64,000 bases of DNA from a virus (lineage: Duplodnaviria > Caudoviricetes). Position 1 is the first letter of the stretch, and the number at the start of each line of letters is the position of its first letter. Position numbers and translations under genes: made by a program. This document shows, in pieces, positions 49,644 to 58,240 of this stretch. The stretch is taken from the IMG/VR virus record IMGVR_UViG_3300042561_002102; one strand, given 5' to 3'. The notes below the pieces were generated by a model that was not told where the DNA came from, searched no databases, and saw nothing but the letters and a program-made list of their open reading frames with translations.

Positions 49644-49945
49644 TCTTGTGGCTTAGAGGCAAGAAGTTGTCTTCTTCTGGCAGCTCCTGCTTTTTGTCTA
49701 ATCATCTTCATTATTTCTTCACGAGACTTTCTTTTGGGAGTTCTAGTCATAGAATTTCTCTCGGATCTTGATTCACCAAGTGGTGAGATACCCTCTGGCA
49801 TATCATCATCACCTTCGATAGTATCTTCTCCTTCGAGATCAAACTCAGTAATCTTTTCTTTACCCTTTAACATAGGTGAGTCTTGCTCTATATTTTGAAT
49901 TTCCTGCTCTGGTTCGTAATTTTCGAAAGTCTTTAAAAATTTCAT
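49640..49945 (-). CDS. Small hypothetical protein with capsid-targeting-like N-terminus
   Basis: MKFLKTFENYE; acidic middle, basic end; TATATATA upstream. Confidence 0.6.
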   Translation of the reverse strand: MKFLKTFENYEPEQEIQNIEQDSPMLKGKEKITEFDLEGEDTIEGDDDMPEGISPLGESRSERNSMTRTPKRKSREEIMKMIRQKAGAARRRQLLASKPQD

Positions 49946-50103
49946 GTTGTGTTTTTTTTCTTGTATATATAAAATTTATTTTCTGGAAAAAATCAACTTT
50001 TTGATACAAAATATTTGAATATTCTCTGGGTGAGTCTTATACGAGCTTGTGAAAGAAATTCATCAATTGTATCGATTATGAAAATATATATTTGAGAAAT
50101 TAT

Positions 50104-50134
50104 TTTGTATAGAGAGATAAAATGGGTATATTTG
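50104..50134 (+). promoter_or_regulatory. Bacteroidota sigma-A-type promoter upstream of the nuclease-methyltransferase
   Basis: TTTG (50104-50107), 19-nt spacer, TATATTTG (50127-50134); matches the TTTG-N19-21-TAnnTTTG consensus. TATAAATA follows at 50137-50144. Confidence 0.6.
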
Positions 50135-50150
50135 CATATAAATAGACTAT

Positions 50151-52604
50151 ATGAAGAAACTATTATCCTGGGCACTTAACGAGAAAGATGTTGAGAATTT
50201 TTGGAGAGCTCAACTTATGAAACTTTTTCCAGGTGGAAAAATGACCTCACCGTTCAATACAGACGGATATTTAGAGGATGACGGTGGTAAAGTCACTGTC
50301 TTGTTCGAAGCTAAATACGAACAAAATCTTAGCGATAAGTTGTCCCAGGTTTCTGTTTTATCTCAGACCTTATTCTACTTGAAAAAGTTTGAAAAAAATG
50401 GTCAAAGACTACCCAGAGTAGTTTTTATTGCTGATAGAAATGAAGCTTTCGCTCTACATACAAATTGTCTTGCAAAATATCTAGATTTTCCACTAGACTG
50501 GAACTCGGCAGCTTCGTCTAGTTCCAGATTGAATCCAGAGTTGATTTCTAAAATGTTAGAAGATGATACTATTTTACCTTTCGTTTTTAATGTAGTCGAA
50601 GGTTTCAATTTTGTAGCTATTCAAAAAAAGATATTGAGTCTATCTCACGATGTAAAAAGATTAATAAAGATCACTGAGCACAACATCACTTCAGTGTTTG
50701 AATATTTTCAGAAAAATGTCTTAGTCAAGAATAAATTATCAGTCAATGAAACCGCTAATTTGTTTATTAACTTGATTATCAATCCTGAAGATAATTATCT
50801 ACATCCAGTAAAAAGGCATACTCTAGTAACTAAATCGTTTGGTCCTATACAGATCAACGGTGAGAAGTTAATGGCATTTTTAGAGCACTTTGATGGTAAT
50901 CAATATTGTATGGAAGAAAAAGAAAAACTTACTTCTATTGTTGATAGGCTTATCGAAGATGAAACAAGAAGAAGAAAAGGTGAGTTCTTCACACCTACAG
51001 TTTGGGTAGATGAAGCACACAAGATGATCTCTGAAGCTTTTGGTGATAACTGGAAAGACGAGTATGTTGTGTGGGATCCCGCTTCGGGAACACTTAACTT
51101 GACCCGGGATTATCATTTTAGGGAGTTATACTGCTCAACTATTGAGGCGTCGGATTTACAAACAGCCGATCAGATGGGATATAATCCAGAGGCAGTCAAG
51201 TTTCAGTATGATTTTCTTAATGATGGTATAGTTGATGGTAATATTGATATTGAAGGTGATACAAAATTACCAGAGGGTTTGAAAAGAGCTCTGTTAGAGG
51301 GTAAGAAGATGATTGTTTTGATGAATCCACCTTATGGAACTGCTAATAATGCCGGAACCACAGAAGGTGATCATAAATCAGGCATCGCCATGACCGAACT
51401 GAATAAGATGATGAAAGTTGAAAAATGGGGCGCTTCGTCTCAACAACTATATGCGCAATTTCTGTTTAGATTGACTAAGTATCACAATCTGAAAATTTGT
51501 CTTTTTTCTCCACCACTTTTTATGAGTGGAAGTTCTTATAAAGAATTCAGAAAAAAGTATTTTGATTTTTATGGATTTGATAGAGGATTTCTTATGAATG
51601 CAGGTGAATTTGATGGAACATCTGATTGGGGGTTGTCTTTCACAATTTGGTCAGATGTGAACAATGACAGAACTGATTTTGAGCTAAGTGTTGGAAGTTC
51701 TAATGAACTTGGTGATGTTGAGTTTTTTACAAATAAACTTATCTATAACTTAGATAATAAATTAGAAGCCTCGAAATGGGTTAGGTCGCCATTGAAAGGA
51801 TTGAAAACTTTTGATGTTCCAAATTTTTCTAGTGGATTAAAACTCAAAAATTCTGGTATATGTAAAGTTATCAAAAATAATCTAGGTTATTCATACAGTG
51901 ATAATAATAATATTGCTAAAAATAATCAGAGTGTTGGGTTATATAGTCTGTCCAACGCTGCTGCTCATGGATTTTCTATCAATGAATCTAATTTTATAAT
52001 TTCATCCTGTCTATTCACTTCTAGAAGACTTATTTCTGGAAAACAAGCCACGTGGATAAATTGGTGTGACGAATATATGGCACCAGATGAATCACATCCA
52101 CTTTGGGAACAATTTAGTTTAGATTCTATTGTCTATTCTCTATTTGAATCCAAATCAAACCAATCCTCCCTTCGTCAAATAGATTACAAAGACAAAAAGT
52201 GGGACATCAAGAATGAATTTTTCTGGATGTCTAAATCTGATATGTTAAAACTAGCATCGGATCATTCTTATGATGAACTCTATCGTGACGCCAGAACAAC
52301 TGAAGAAAGACACGTCTATAATCTTCTTCATAATGAGGGTATATACTCTCGTCTTTCACCTGACGCTCGTGAGGTTCTTGATATGGCAACAGAACTTGTT
52401 AAAAAGTCATTCCCTATGAGAAAACCACTCAATGAACAACATCCAGAGTATCACTTAAATACTTGGGACGCAGGTTGGTACCAAATCAAACTTATACTCA
52501 AAAAGTTCTATCCCGCTGAACTTATCGAATTCGGTAGAAAATACAGAGCCTTTGAGGACAGAATGAGACCACTCGTGTATGAGGTTGGATTTTTGAGGAA
52601 ATAA
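50151..52604 (+). CDS. Fused PD-(D/E)xK nuclease + N6-adenine DNA methyltransferase (Type IIG/IIL-like)
   Basis: N-terminal NTDGYL...LFEAKY nuclease motif; RKGEFFTP, VWDPASGTLNL (motif I), MNPPY (motif IV); long C-terminal recognition-like region. Confidence 0.8.
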   Translation: MKKLLSWALNEKDVENFWRAQLMKLFPGGKMTSPFNTDGYLEDDGGKVTVLFEAKYEQNLSDKLSQVSVLSQTLFYLKKFEKNGQRLPRVVFIADRNEAFALHTNCLAKYLDFPLDWNSAASSSSRLNPELISKMLEDDTILPFVFNVVEGFNFVAIQKKILSLSHDVKRLIKITEHNITSVFEYFQKNVLVKNKLSVNETANLFINLIINPEDNYLHPVKRHTLVTKSFGPIQINGEKLMAFLEHFDGNQYCMEEKEKLTSIVDRLIEDETRRRKGEFFTPTVWVDEAHKMISEAFGDNWKDEYVVWDPASGTLNLTRDYHFRELYCSTIEASDLQTADQMGYNPEAVKFQYDFLNDGIVDGNIDIEGDTKLPEGLKRALLEGKKMIVLMNPPYGTANNAGTTEGDHKSGIAMTELNKMMKVEKWGASSQQLYAQFLFRLTKYHNLKICLFSPPLFMSGSSYKEFRKKYFDFYGFDRGFLMNAGEFDGTSDWGLSFTIWSDVNNDRTDFELSVGSSNELGDVEFFTNKLIYNLDNKLEASKWVRSPLKGLKTFDVPNFSSGLKLKNSGICKVIKNNLGYSYSDNNNIAKNNQSVGLYSLSNAAAHGFSINESNFIISSCLFTSRRLISGKQATWINWCDEYMAPDESHPLWEQFSLDSIVYSLFESKSNQSSLRQIDYKDKKWDIKNEFFWMSKSDMLKLASDHSYDELYRDARTTEERHVYNLLHNEGIYSRLSPDAREVLDMATELVKKSFPMRKPLNEQHPEYHLNTWDAGWYQIKLILKKFYPAELIEFGRKYRAFEDRMRPLVYEVGFLRK

Positions 52605-52686
52605 TACTATATAATTAAACAACATAATTTCAAATTATATAAATGATAACCTTGATACAGCTTCAGGGTAAAAAAAAAATCATAGT

Positions 52687-54297
52687 ATGAATAATAATCA
52701 ATTAGATCATTACGAACAACCAGATGTTGAATTAAAAGATTTTTCAACAAATCAACAAAAACACAAAATCATCTTTACACCTAGATCTTTACAAGATATG
52801 GTGAAAGGTTCAGGATTTACATTTAATCAATCTATAGCAGAATTTATCGATAATTCTTTAGATGCTGGCTCTACAAAAATAGAAATAAGTGCTAGGCGTC
52901 AAAAAAATGATTATTTTTCTATAGAAATAAAAGATAATGGAAGTGGTATGTCTGATGATATACTAGAAAAATTTACACAAATAGGTTATGGAAACCCGGA
53001 AAATTACTCTACTACACAAATTTCTAATTATGGTTTAGGTGCGAAATTTGCTATAATCAACATTTGTAAAGAAGGCCCGGTCGTTATTGAAAGTGTATCT
53101 AATGGAAATAAAATAAAATTGAATTTTTATACAGATATACAAGAACCTTATGTTTCAATTGAAAAAAAGGAAATTACTAACGAGGCTAATTATACAAAAT
53201 TATACATACCTAATCTTGAGGTTAATGGTGCTAAAATTTCTAAAAATCAACTTGATTCTCTAAAAAAATTTATAGGCGCCACCTATTTTCCACACATAGA
53301 ACGCGGAAATCCTTTGAAAATTGAATTTTCCGTAGATAGAGAAGAACCAGTTAGTATAGATTTCACAGATCCCATTTATAGAAATTTAACAGAAAGGGAC
53401 GGAGTAGAGAAAAATGATGAACAATGTATGATAGATGGATACCTAATCTCAGTAAGAGGAAGGTGGTTCAATAAAATGCTATTTTCTACAGATAATTTCA
53501 ATTTACACGACAGTAAACAAGGTGGAACTGGTTTTGCTGCAGCTAGAAGTGGGATTTATTGGAGACTCAACGGAAGATATATCAAAATGGGTGATGGGGA
53601 TTTTATGAGTAGAGATTCTTTTCAACAAAAACTTAATCATTTAAGAATAGAGGTGGATTTAGATAGAGTTTTTATTGAAACTTTTGGTATAGGGTTCAAT
53701 AAATCTAAAATTTCAATTGATCGAAACAATGAAAAATTGAAAGATTTTTTCAATTTAATAAACGATATCATTAAATGGGCTGAGAAAAAATACATAGATC
53801 AAAATAAACAAAATACCTCACAAGATCCAGAAATTACAGAAGAAAGAGACAATATAAATAGAGATCTTTCTGCTATTAGAAGACAAATAGGTCATGAAAA
53901 TTATAATGAGCTTTTACCAGAACTCTCAAAAGCTAAAGTCTTAACAGAAAAAGAAAAAACCGAGAAAACCAAAAATAGACCTGATGGATTGCAATATAAA
54001 AAATCTAACCTTCAGTTTAGGTATGTCAACAATGGAAAGTTTGATAGAGCTTTTGGTTACGGTAAAGAAAACGGTCAATTGGTCGTAGATCTAAATTTGG
54101 ATCATCCATTTGTTGAAAATTATATAAAAGCAGATAGATCGTCGAAAAAAGCTTTTGATATGATGCTTTTATCCTTCATAGAGGGATTACTTGATACTAG
54201 ACGTGAATTCAACTCTGATGTAGATTTTGCTAATTGGGAAGATTACATGGTAGACAACTTCAGTCGTAGAATGTCCAGGTACTTTACACACTATTGA
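52687..54297 (+). CDS. GHKL/MORC-family ATPase
   Basis: SIAEFIDNSLDA (N box), IKDNGSGM (G1), NYGLGAKFA (G2), NYTKLYI; C-terminal VVDLNLDHPF. Confidence 0.82.
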   Translation: MNNNQLDHYEQPDVELKDFSTNQQKHKIIFTPRSLQDMVKGSGFTFNQSIAEFIDNSLDAGSTKIEISARRQKNDYFSIEIKDNGSGMSDDILEKFTQIGYGNPENYSTTQISNYGLGAKFAIINICKEGPVVIESVSNGNKIKLNFYTDIQEPYVSIEKKEITNEANYTKLYIPNLEVNGAKISKNQLDSLKKFIGATYFPHIERGNPLKIEFSVDREEPVSIDFTDPIYRNLTERDGVEKNDEQCMIDGYLISVRGRWFNKMLFSTDNFNLHDSKQGGTGFAAARSGIYWRLNGRYIKMGDGDFMSRDSFQQKLNHLRIEVDLDRVFIETFGIGFNKSKISIDRNNEKLKDFFNLINDIIKWAEKKYIDQNKQNTSQDPEITEERDNINRDLSAIRRQIGHENYNELLPELSKAKVLTEKEKTEKTKNRPDGLQYKKSNLQFRYVNNGKFDRAFGYGKENGQLVVDLNLDHPFVENYIKADRSSKKAFDMMLLSFIEGLLDTRREFNSDVDFANWEDYMVDNFSRRMSRYFTHY

Positions 54298-54459
54298 AAG
54301 AACTTAAATTTTTCAATTTTTATTCCACTTTTTTTATTTTTATTCGTATTATTGTCTAATAAAATACAAAGAACTCTATCTGATAACGAATCAATATGTC
54401 CATTCAAAGTATTTTTACAAAAAACTCGTGCTGGACGAAGAAAAAAATAATTTATTAAA

Positions 54460-55104
54460 ATGATAAGAACTTTTCATCAATTTATTCGACAAACATGTTG
54501 GAAATCAGATGACAAATATGCTATAATAGGAACAATTCATCCACATAGAGTAGATGATTTTGATCTGAACTTTTTTTATGGAAATAAGGGTTTTCTCTGG
54601 AGCATACTCGGACAAGCTTTTCCAAATCTAGATTTTACAACCGTAGAATCTATAAAAAGAATACTATCGAGAAATCGTATTTGGATTACAGATATGATTG
54701 AAGAATGTAGTAGGCCACATGAGAGAGAAACCAGAGATAGTCATCTATATGATTTGAAATTGAATACTAAACTTATAGAAGAAGGTCTTCGGGGATCACA
54801 AATTGATACTATATTTCTAACTTCAAGATTTGAAAGGAATAACGCTGCTGAATTGTTTATAAGAGCTTTTGGTTTAGATCTTTTATCATGGAACGAAGAA
54901 TTATCACAGTTCATTATACCTTCTTCTAAATTTGGTAGAGAAATCAGAGCAGTAGTTCTCTTCTCACCGTCTGGTCGTGCGAATCTTGGTATTTCTAGAT
55001 CAAAATCATATCTAGCCAGTAAAGATAGATACGGTCAAGAAAAGAATCCAGTGGCTTTATTCAAGATTGATTTTTATAGAGATAAATTCGCATTCTTAGT
55101 ATAA
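54460..55104 (+). CDS. Uracil-DNA glycosylase superfamily protein
   Basis: IIGTIHP, FFYGNKGFLWSIL, IWITDMI and VLFSPSG match the UDG-like (Mug/family-6 type) motif order. Confidence 0.65.
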   Translation: MIRTFHQFIRQTCWKSDDKYAIIGTIHPHRVDDFDLNFFYGNKGFLWSILGQAFPNLDFTTVESIKRILSRNRIWITDMIEECSRPHERETRDSHLYDLKLNTKLIEEGLRGSQIDTIFLTSRFERNNAAELFIRAFGLDLLSWNEELSQFIIPSSKFGREIRAVVLFSPSGRANLGISRSKSYLASKDRYGQEKNPVALFKIDFYRDKFAFLV

Positions 55105-55125
55105 ATATTTTTATATATACCCAAG

Positions 55126-55899
55126 ATGACAAACAACTTTAGAGTCTTAAAATGGAAAGATCATTCGCAAAGTATCGATCTAGCTCAAGATTTTCTAGAA
55201 AATATCAAATCTTCTCTATTTGAGGCGAAAACCGAAAACGATGAAAATGAAATAAAAAAGTTTCTCGAAAAAGTTAAAGCGGACCTTTCTCTAAACTTTG
55301 CCTTTGCCTCTACTTTTGGAACCGGTGTTGGATTTGCTCTACCTATTGTTAAAGATCTTATAGAAAATGGGAATCTTCAAATCGAAGCTTCTTCAGAAAA
55401 CTTGATACTTCTTACGATTACTTGTTTTACTATAACCTACTTAGAAATCAAAAAAGGTCAACTAGAACCTTTACAAGTAGATCTTCTTAGAAAAGATTCA
55501 AAAAGTCTTCTTACAGAACTTAAACTCAGAGGTATTGGTGGTGGCATTGTTAAAAAAGTTATTCAAGTTTTTGAGGTCATTTCTCAGATTTTCAACTACA
55601 TTTTCAAGGCTTTCGGTCTAGTTGTTCAGGGATTTTTAGATATTTTTGCCTATACAACGATTCTTGTTCCTTTTATGAACGGCGTGAAACATATCGTAGG
55701 TAAATACGATCTCACGGTTGATAATTTTGTAGGAAACTTTACTTCACTTGGTATTGGTGTTACTTCACTTGTTGCTAAGCATGGAATAAACTACATCAAA
55801 TCAAAACTCAAGAAGAACCTTGGTAAAGATTTTGATGGATTAGATACAACGAAATCTTCACAAAACGAAGTAGAAATAATACAAGATAAGTTTTTTTAG
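55126..55899 (+). CDS. Hypothetical protein with hydrophobic segments
   Basis: 257-aa ORF downstream of TATAAATA/TATATATA. Confidence 0.55.
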   Translation: MTNNFRVLKWKDHSQSIDLAQDFLENIKSSLFEAKTENDENEIKKFLEKVKADLSLNFAFASTFGTGVGFALPIVKDLIENGNLQIEASSENLILLTITCFTITYLEIKKGQLEPLQVDLLRKDSKSLLTELKLRGIGGGIVKKVIQVFEVISQIFNYIFKAFGLVVQGFLDIFAYTTILVPFMNGVKHIVGKYDLTVDNFVGNFTSLGIGVTSLVAKHGINYIKSKLKKNLGKDFDGLDTTKSSQNEVEIIQDKFF

Positions 55900-55932
55900 A
55901 ACATTTTTAGCTTTTTTATATAGAAATGAAAC

Positions 55933-57270
55933 ATGACTATTTCTCTAGAAAAGATATTCTTTGTTTGGATATTACAAAATAAAAGCTTCTTTGCTAAAGT
56001 AGAATCAAACTACTTTAGAAATAAGGAGATTGAAACCATTTATAGAATAGTTAAAAAATACCTGGTAGAAAATCCAGAAGCAGAAGTTCCTTCACCAAAA
56101 CAAATCTGGGAGATGGTATCTCTAGAAGATAGAGATGGTCTTATTACTCGAGAAATCTTTAAGGCTATTCTTACAACTTCACTGAGTGAATATAATGAAG
56201 ATCACTTTATACGACCTAAAATAGCTACTTGGATACTTACCAACCGTATGAAAAGCGGTGGTGTTGATATTATCGAAGAGCTCAGATCACTTGATAACAA
56301 AGTAGAGCTCGAAGAGGTACAAACTTCAGCAGGTAAGATAAAAGAAATCGTTGATCTTATGTCTAAAGTTGAACTTGAAGACGACGAAGATCTAGGTAGT
56401 GATTTCGATGTAGCTGAATCACACGTTCAAGATAACTCAAAGTTTAAGGTAAAGTCAGGATTTGAAACGATTGATCATATGCTCGGTGGTGGGTGGGATA
56501 TACAAACCTTAAATTGTGTGATGGCCGAGACCTCGAACGGTAAGTCGTTATGGATGCAGAACTTCGCCTGTAAATCAGCCGATAACGGATTTAATGTTCT
56601 CTACATCACTTTAGAGATGAGTGAAAGAAAAGTCATGAAACGACTGGGTTCAATGCGACTTAAAGTTCCTATTAACGATTACGACAGAATATCAAAAGAT
56701 ACACCACTCATCTCTAGAAAAATCGAAGCCTTGAAATCTCAAGGTCAAGATATGGGTCAAGATCTTTTTGAGAAGAAACTTGGTAAAATCATTACCAAAT
56801 TCTGGGCTGCTGGAACAGCTACCGTAGCTGATTTTGATAACTTTATACAAAAACTTCGTGATAAAAGAGGAATCAAAATTGATTTGATTATTGTAGATTA
56901 TATTACACTTGTAGCTCCACCAAAAGGCATCGGTGGTGATTCACTCTATATCCGCGGAAAGAATATAGCCGAAGGTCTAAGAGCTCTGGGAGCTAAGTGG
57001 AACGCACCGGTCATCACCGGTATACAAGTAGCTAAAGACGCATGGAACTCGTCTGATATAACACTAGAATCAGTTCCAGAATCAAAAGCCATCGCTGAGA
57101 CAGCAGATACATTTTTTGCCATTATAAGAACTGAAGAGATGAAACGGGCTAAATATTATAGATTTAAATTATTAAAACAAAGAGACGGCGATTTTTTAAG
57201 ATCACAAATAAAAATAAATTTGAACGATAGTTACTTAACTCTCGAAAATGATCAATTTATTGATCAGTAA
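55933..57270 (+). CDS. Replicative DNA helicase (T4 gp41/DnaB-like)
   Basis: SGFETIDHMLGGG, Walker A AETSNGKS, YITLEMSE, IIVDYITL, TGIQ, LKQRDG. Confidence 0.9.
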   Translation: MTISLEKIFFVWILQNKSFFAKVESNYFRNKEIETIYRIVKKYLVENPEAEVPSPKQIWEMVSLEDRDGLITREIFKAILTTSLSEYNEDHFIRPKIATWILTNRMKSGGVDIIEELRSLDNKVELEEVQTSAGKIKEIVDLMSKVELEDDEDLGSDFDVAESHVQDNSKFKVKSGFETIDHMLGGGWDIQTLNCVMAETSNGKSLWMQNFACKSADNGFNVLYITLEMSERKVMKRLGSMRLKVPINDYDRISKDTPLISRKIEALKSQGQDMGQDLFEKKLGKIITKFWAAGTATVADFDNFIQKLRDKRGIKIDLIIVDYITLVAPPKGIGGDSLYIRGKNIAEGLRALGAKWNAPVITGIQVAKDAWNSSDITLESVPESKAIAETADTFFAIIRTEEMKRAKYYRFKLLKQRDGDFLRSQIKINLNDSYLTLENDQFIDQ

Positions 57271-57305
57271 ATTCAATTAATTGAACTAAAAAGAAAAAAT
57301 TATGA

Positions 57306-58199
57306 ATGAAAGAAAACGACGAAGAACCGATCGTCCCTGAGCCAAATGATGAAGAAATCAGCGAAGAGATTATCTTTGATGATGACGAATCTGGAGATAT
57401 AGTAATAGAAATTGAAGAAGACCTGGACGATTTCTTAAAACCAGTAGAAGAGATAGCAGTAGAGAGCGATCCATTTGGCTCAGCGGATCTTAGCGTTTCC
57501 AAGCACGCTGAAGAAGGTAAGCACCGCCTAAAATACGATACTATTTTCAAGGGCAAAAAAGATAACATCACACCAGAAGATGAACTCGAAGAACATATCA
57601 ACTACGAAAATCTAGAGGTTGATAAATCATCAACTTATTGGTTTGAATCTCAAGATAATGAAAATTATATTCGCGAGAAAAAAGTAAAAGAGCGAATCTA
57701 TAAAGTTCTTTCCCAAAAAACCGATTTAAACTTTGTAAATAATCGTAGAAAACCATCAAGAGTAGATTTCAATAACTACTATTACATCTTAAAAACATCT
57801 CTAGTAGATGAAGGTTTCACAAACGTTGAGATATTTAATGAGTTATCGGTTTATTTTTCAGATAACCTTTTCAATATGTTCAAGCTTCTAGATAATAAAT
57901 GGAGAAATCTCATTATAAACGAACTACAAGAGCATATCGGCAAAAGAAACTACTCAAAGGATGTTGAATATAAAAATATTTTTATAGGAACAGAGATAGA
58001 ATTTGCCTGGTTCGATGAATTCGGAAACGAGATAAAAATAACCGGCGCGGTAGTTGAGAAGGTAGAATCGGAAGATTATCTAAAAGTTGATTCCTACGAG
58101 AGATTCTATGAGATGAAGCTCTCGAACGTTCTTAGAATATTAAATAACACAAAGTTCAAAAATAATCTCAATAAGTTAAACAACCTAGACTTTCTATAA
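57306..58199 (+). CDS. Hypothetical protein with acidic N-terminus
   Basis: 297-aa ORF between the helicase and nrdA. Confidence 0.6.
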   Translation: MKENDEEPIVPEPNDEEISEEIIFDDDESGDIVIEIEEDLDDFLKPVEEIAVESDPFGSADLSVSKHAEEGKHRLKYDTIFKGKKDNITPEDELEEHINYENLEVDKSSTYWFESQDNENYIREKKVKERIYKVLSQKTDLNFVNNRRKPSRVDFNNYYYILKTSLVDEGFTNVEIFNELSVYFSDNLFNMFKLLDNKWRNLIINELQEHIGKRNYSKDVEYKNIFIGTEIEFAWFDEFGNEIKITGAVVEKVESEDYLKVDSYERFYEMKLSNVLRILNNTKFKNNLNKLNNLDFL

Positions 58200-58240
58200 A
58201 TCTTTTTTTGCTCTAACTATATAATAATCCACTAAAAAAA

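Noticed and set aside
54298-54459. Stop-free minus-strand frame in the MORC-UDG intergenic gap
   Set aside because: No in-frame start codon before the upstream stop, so it is not called as a gene.
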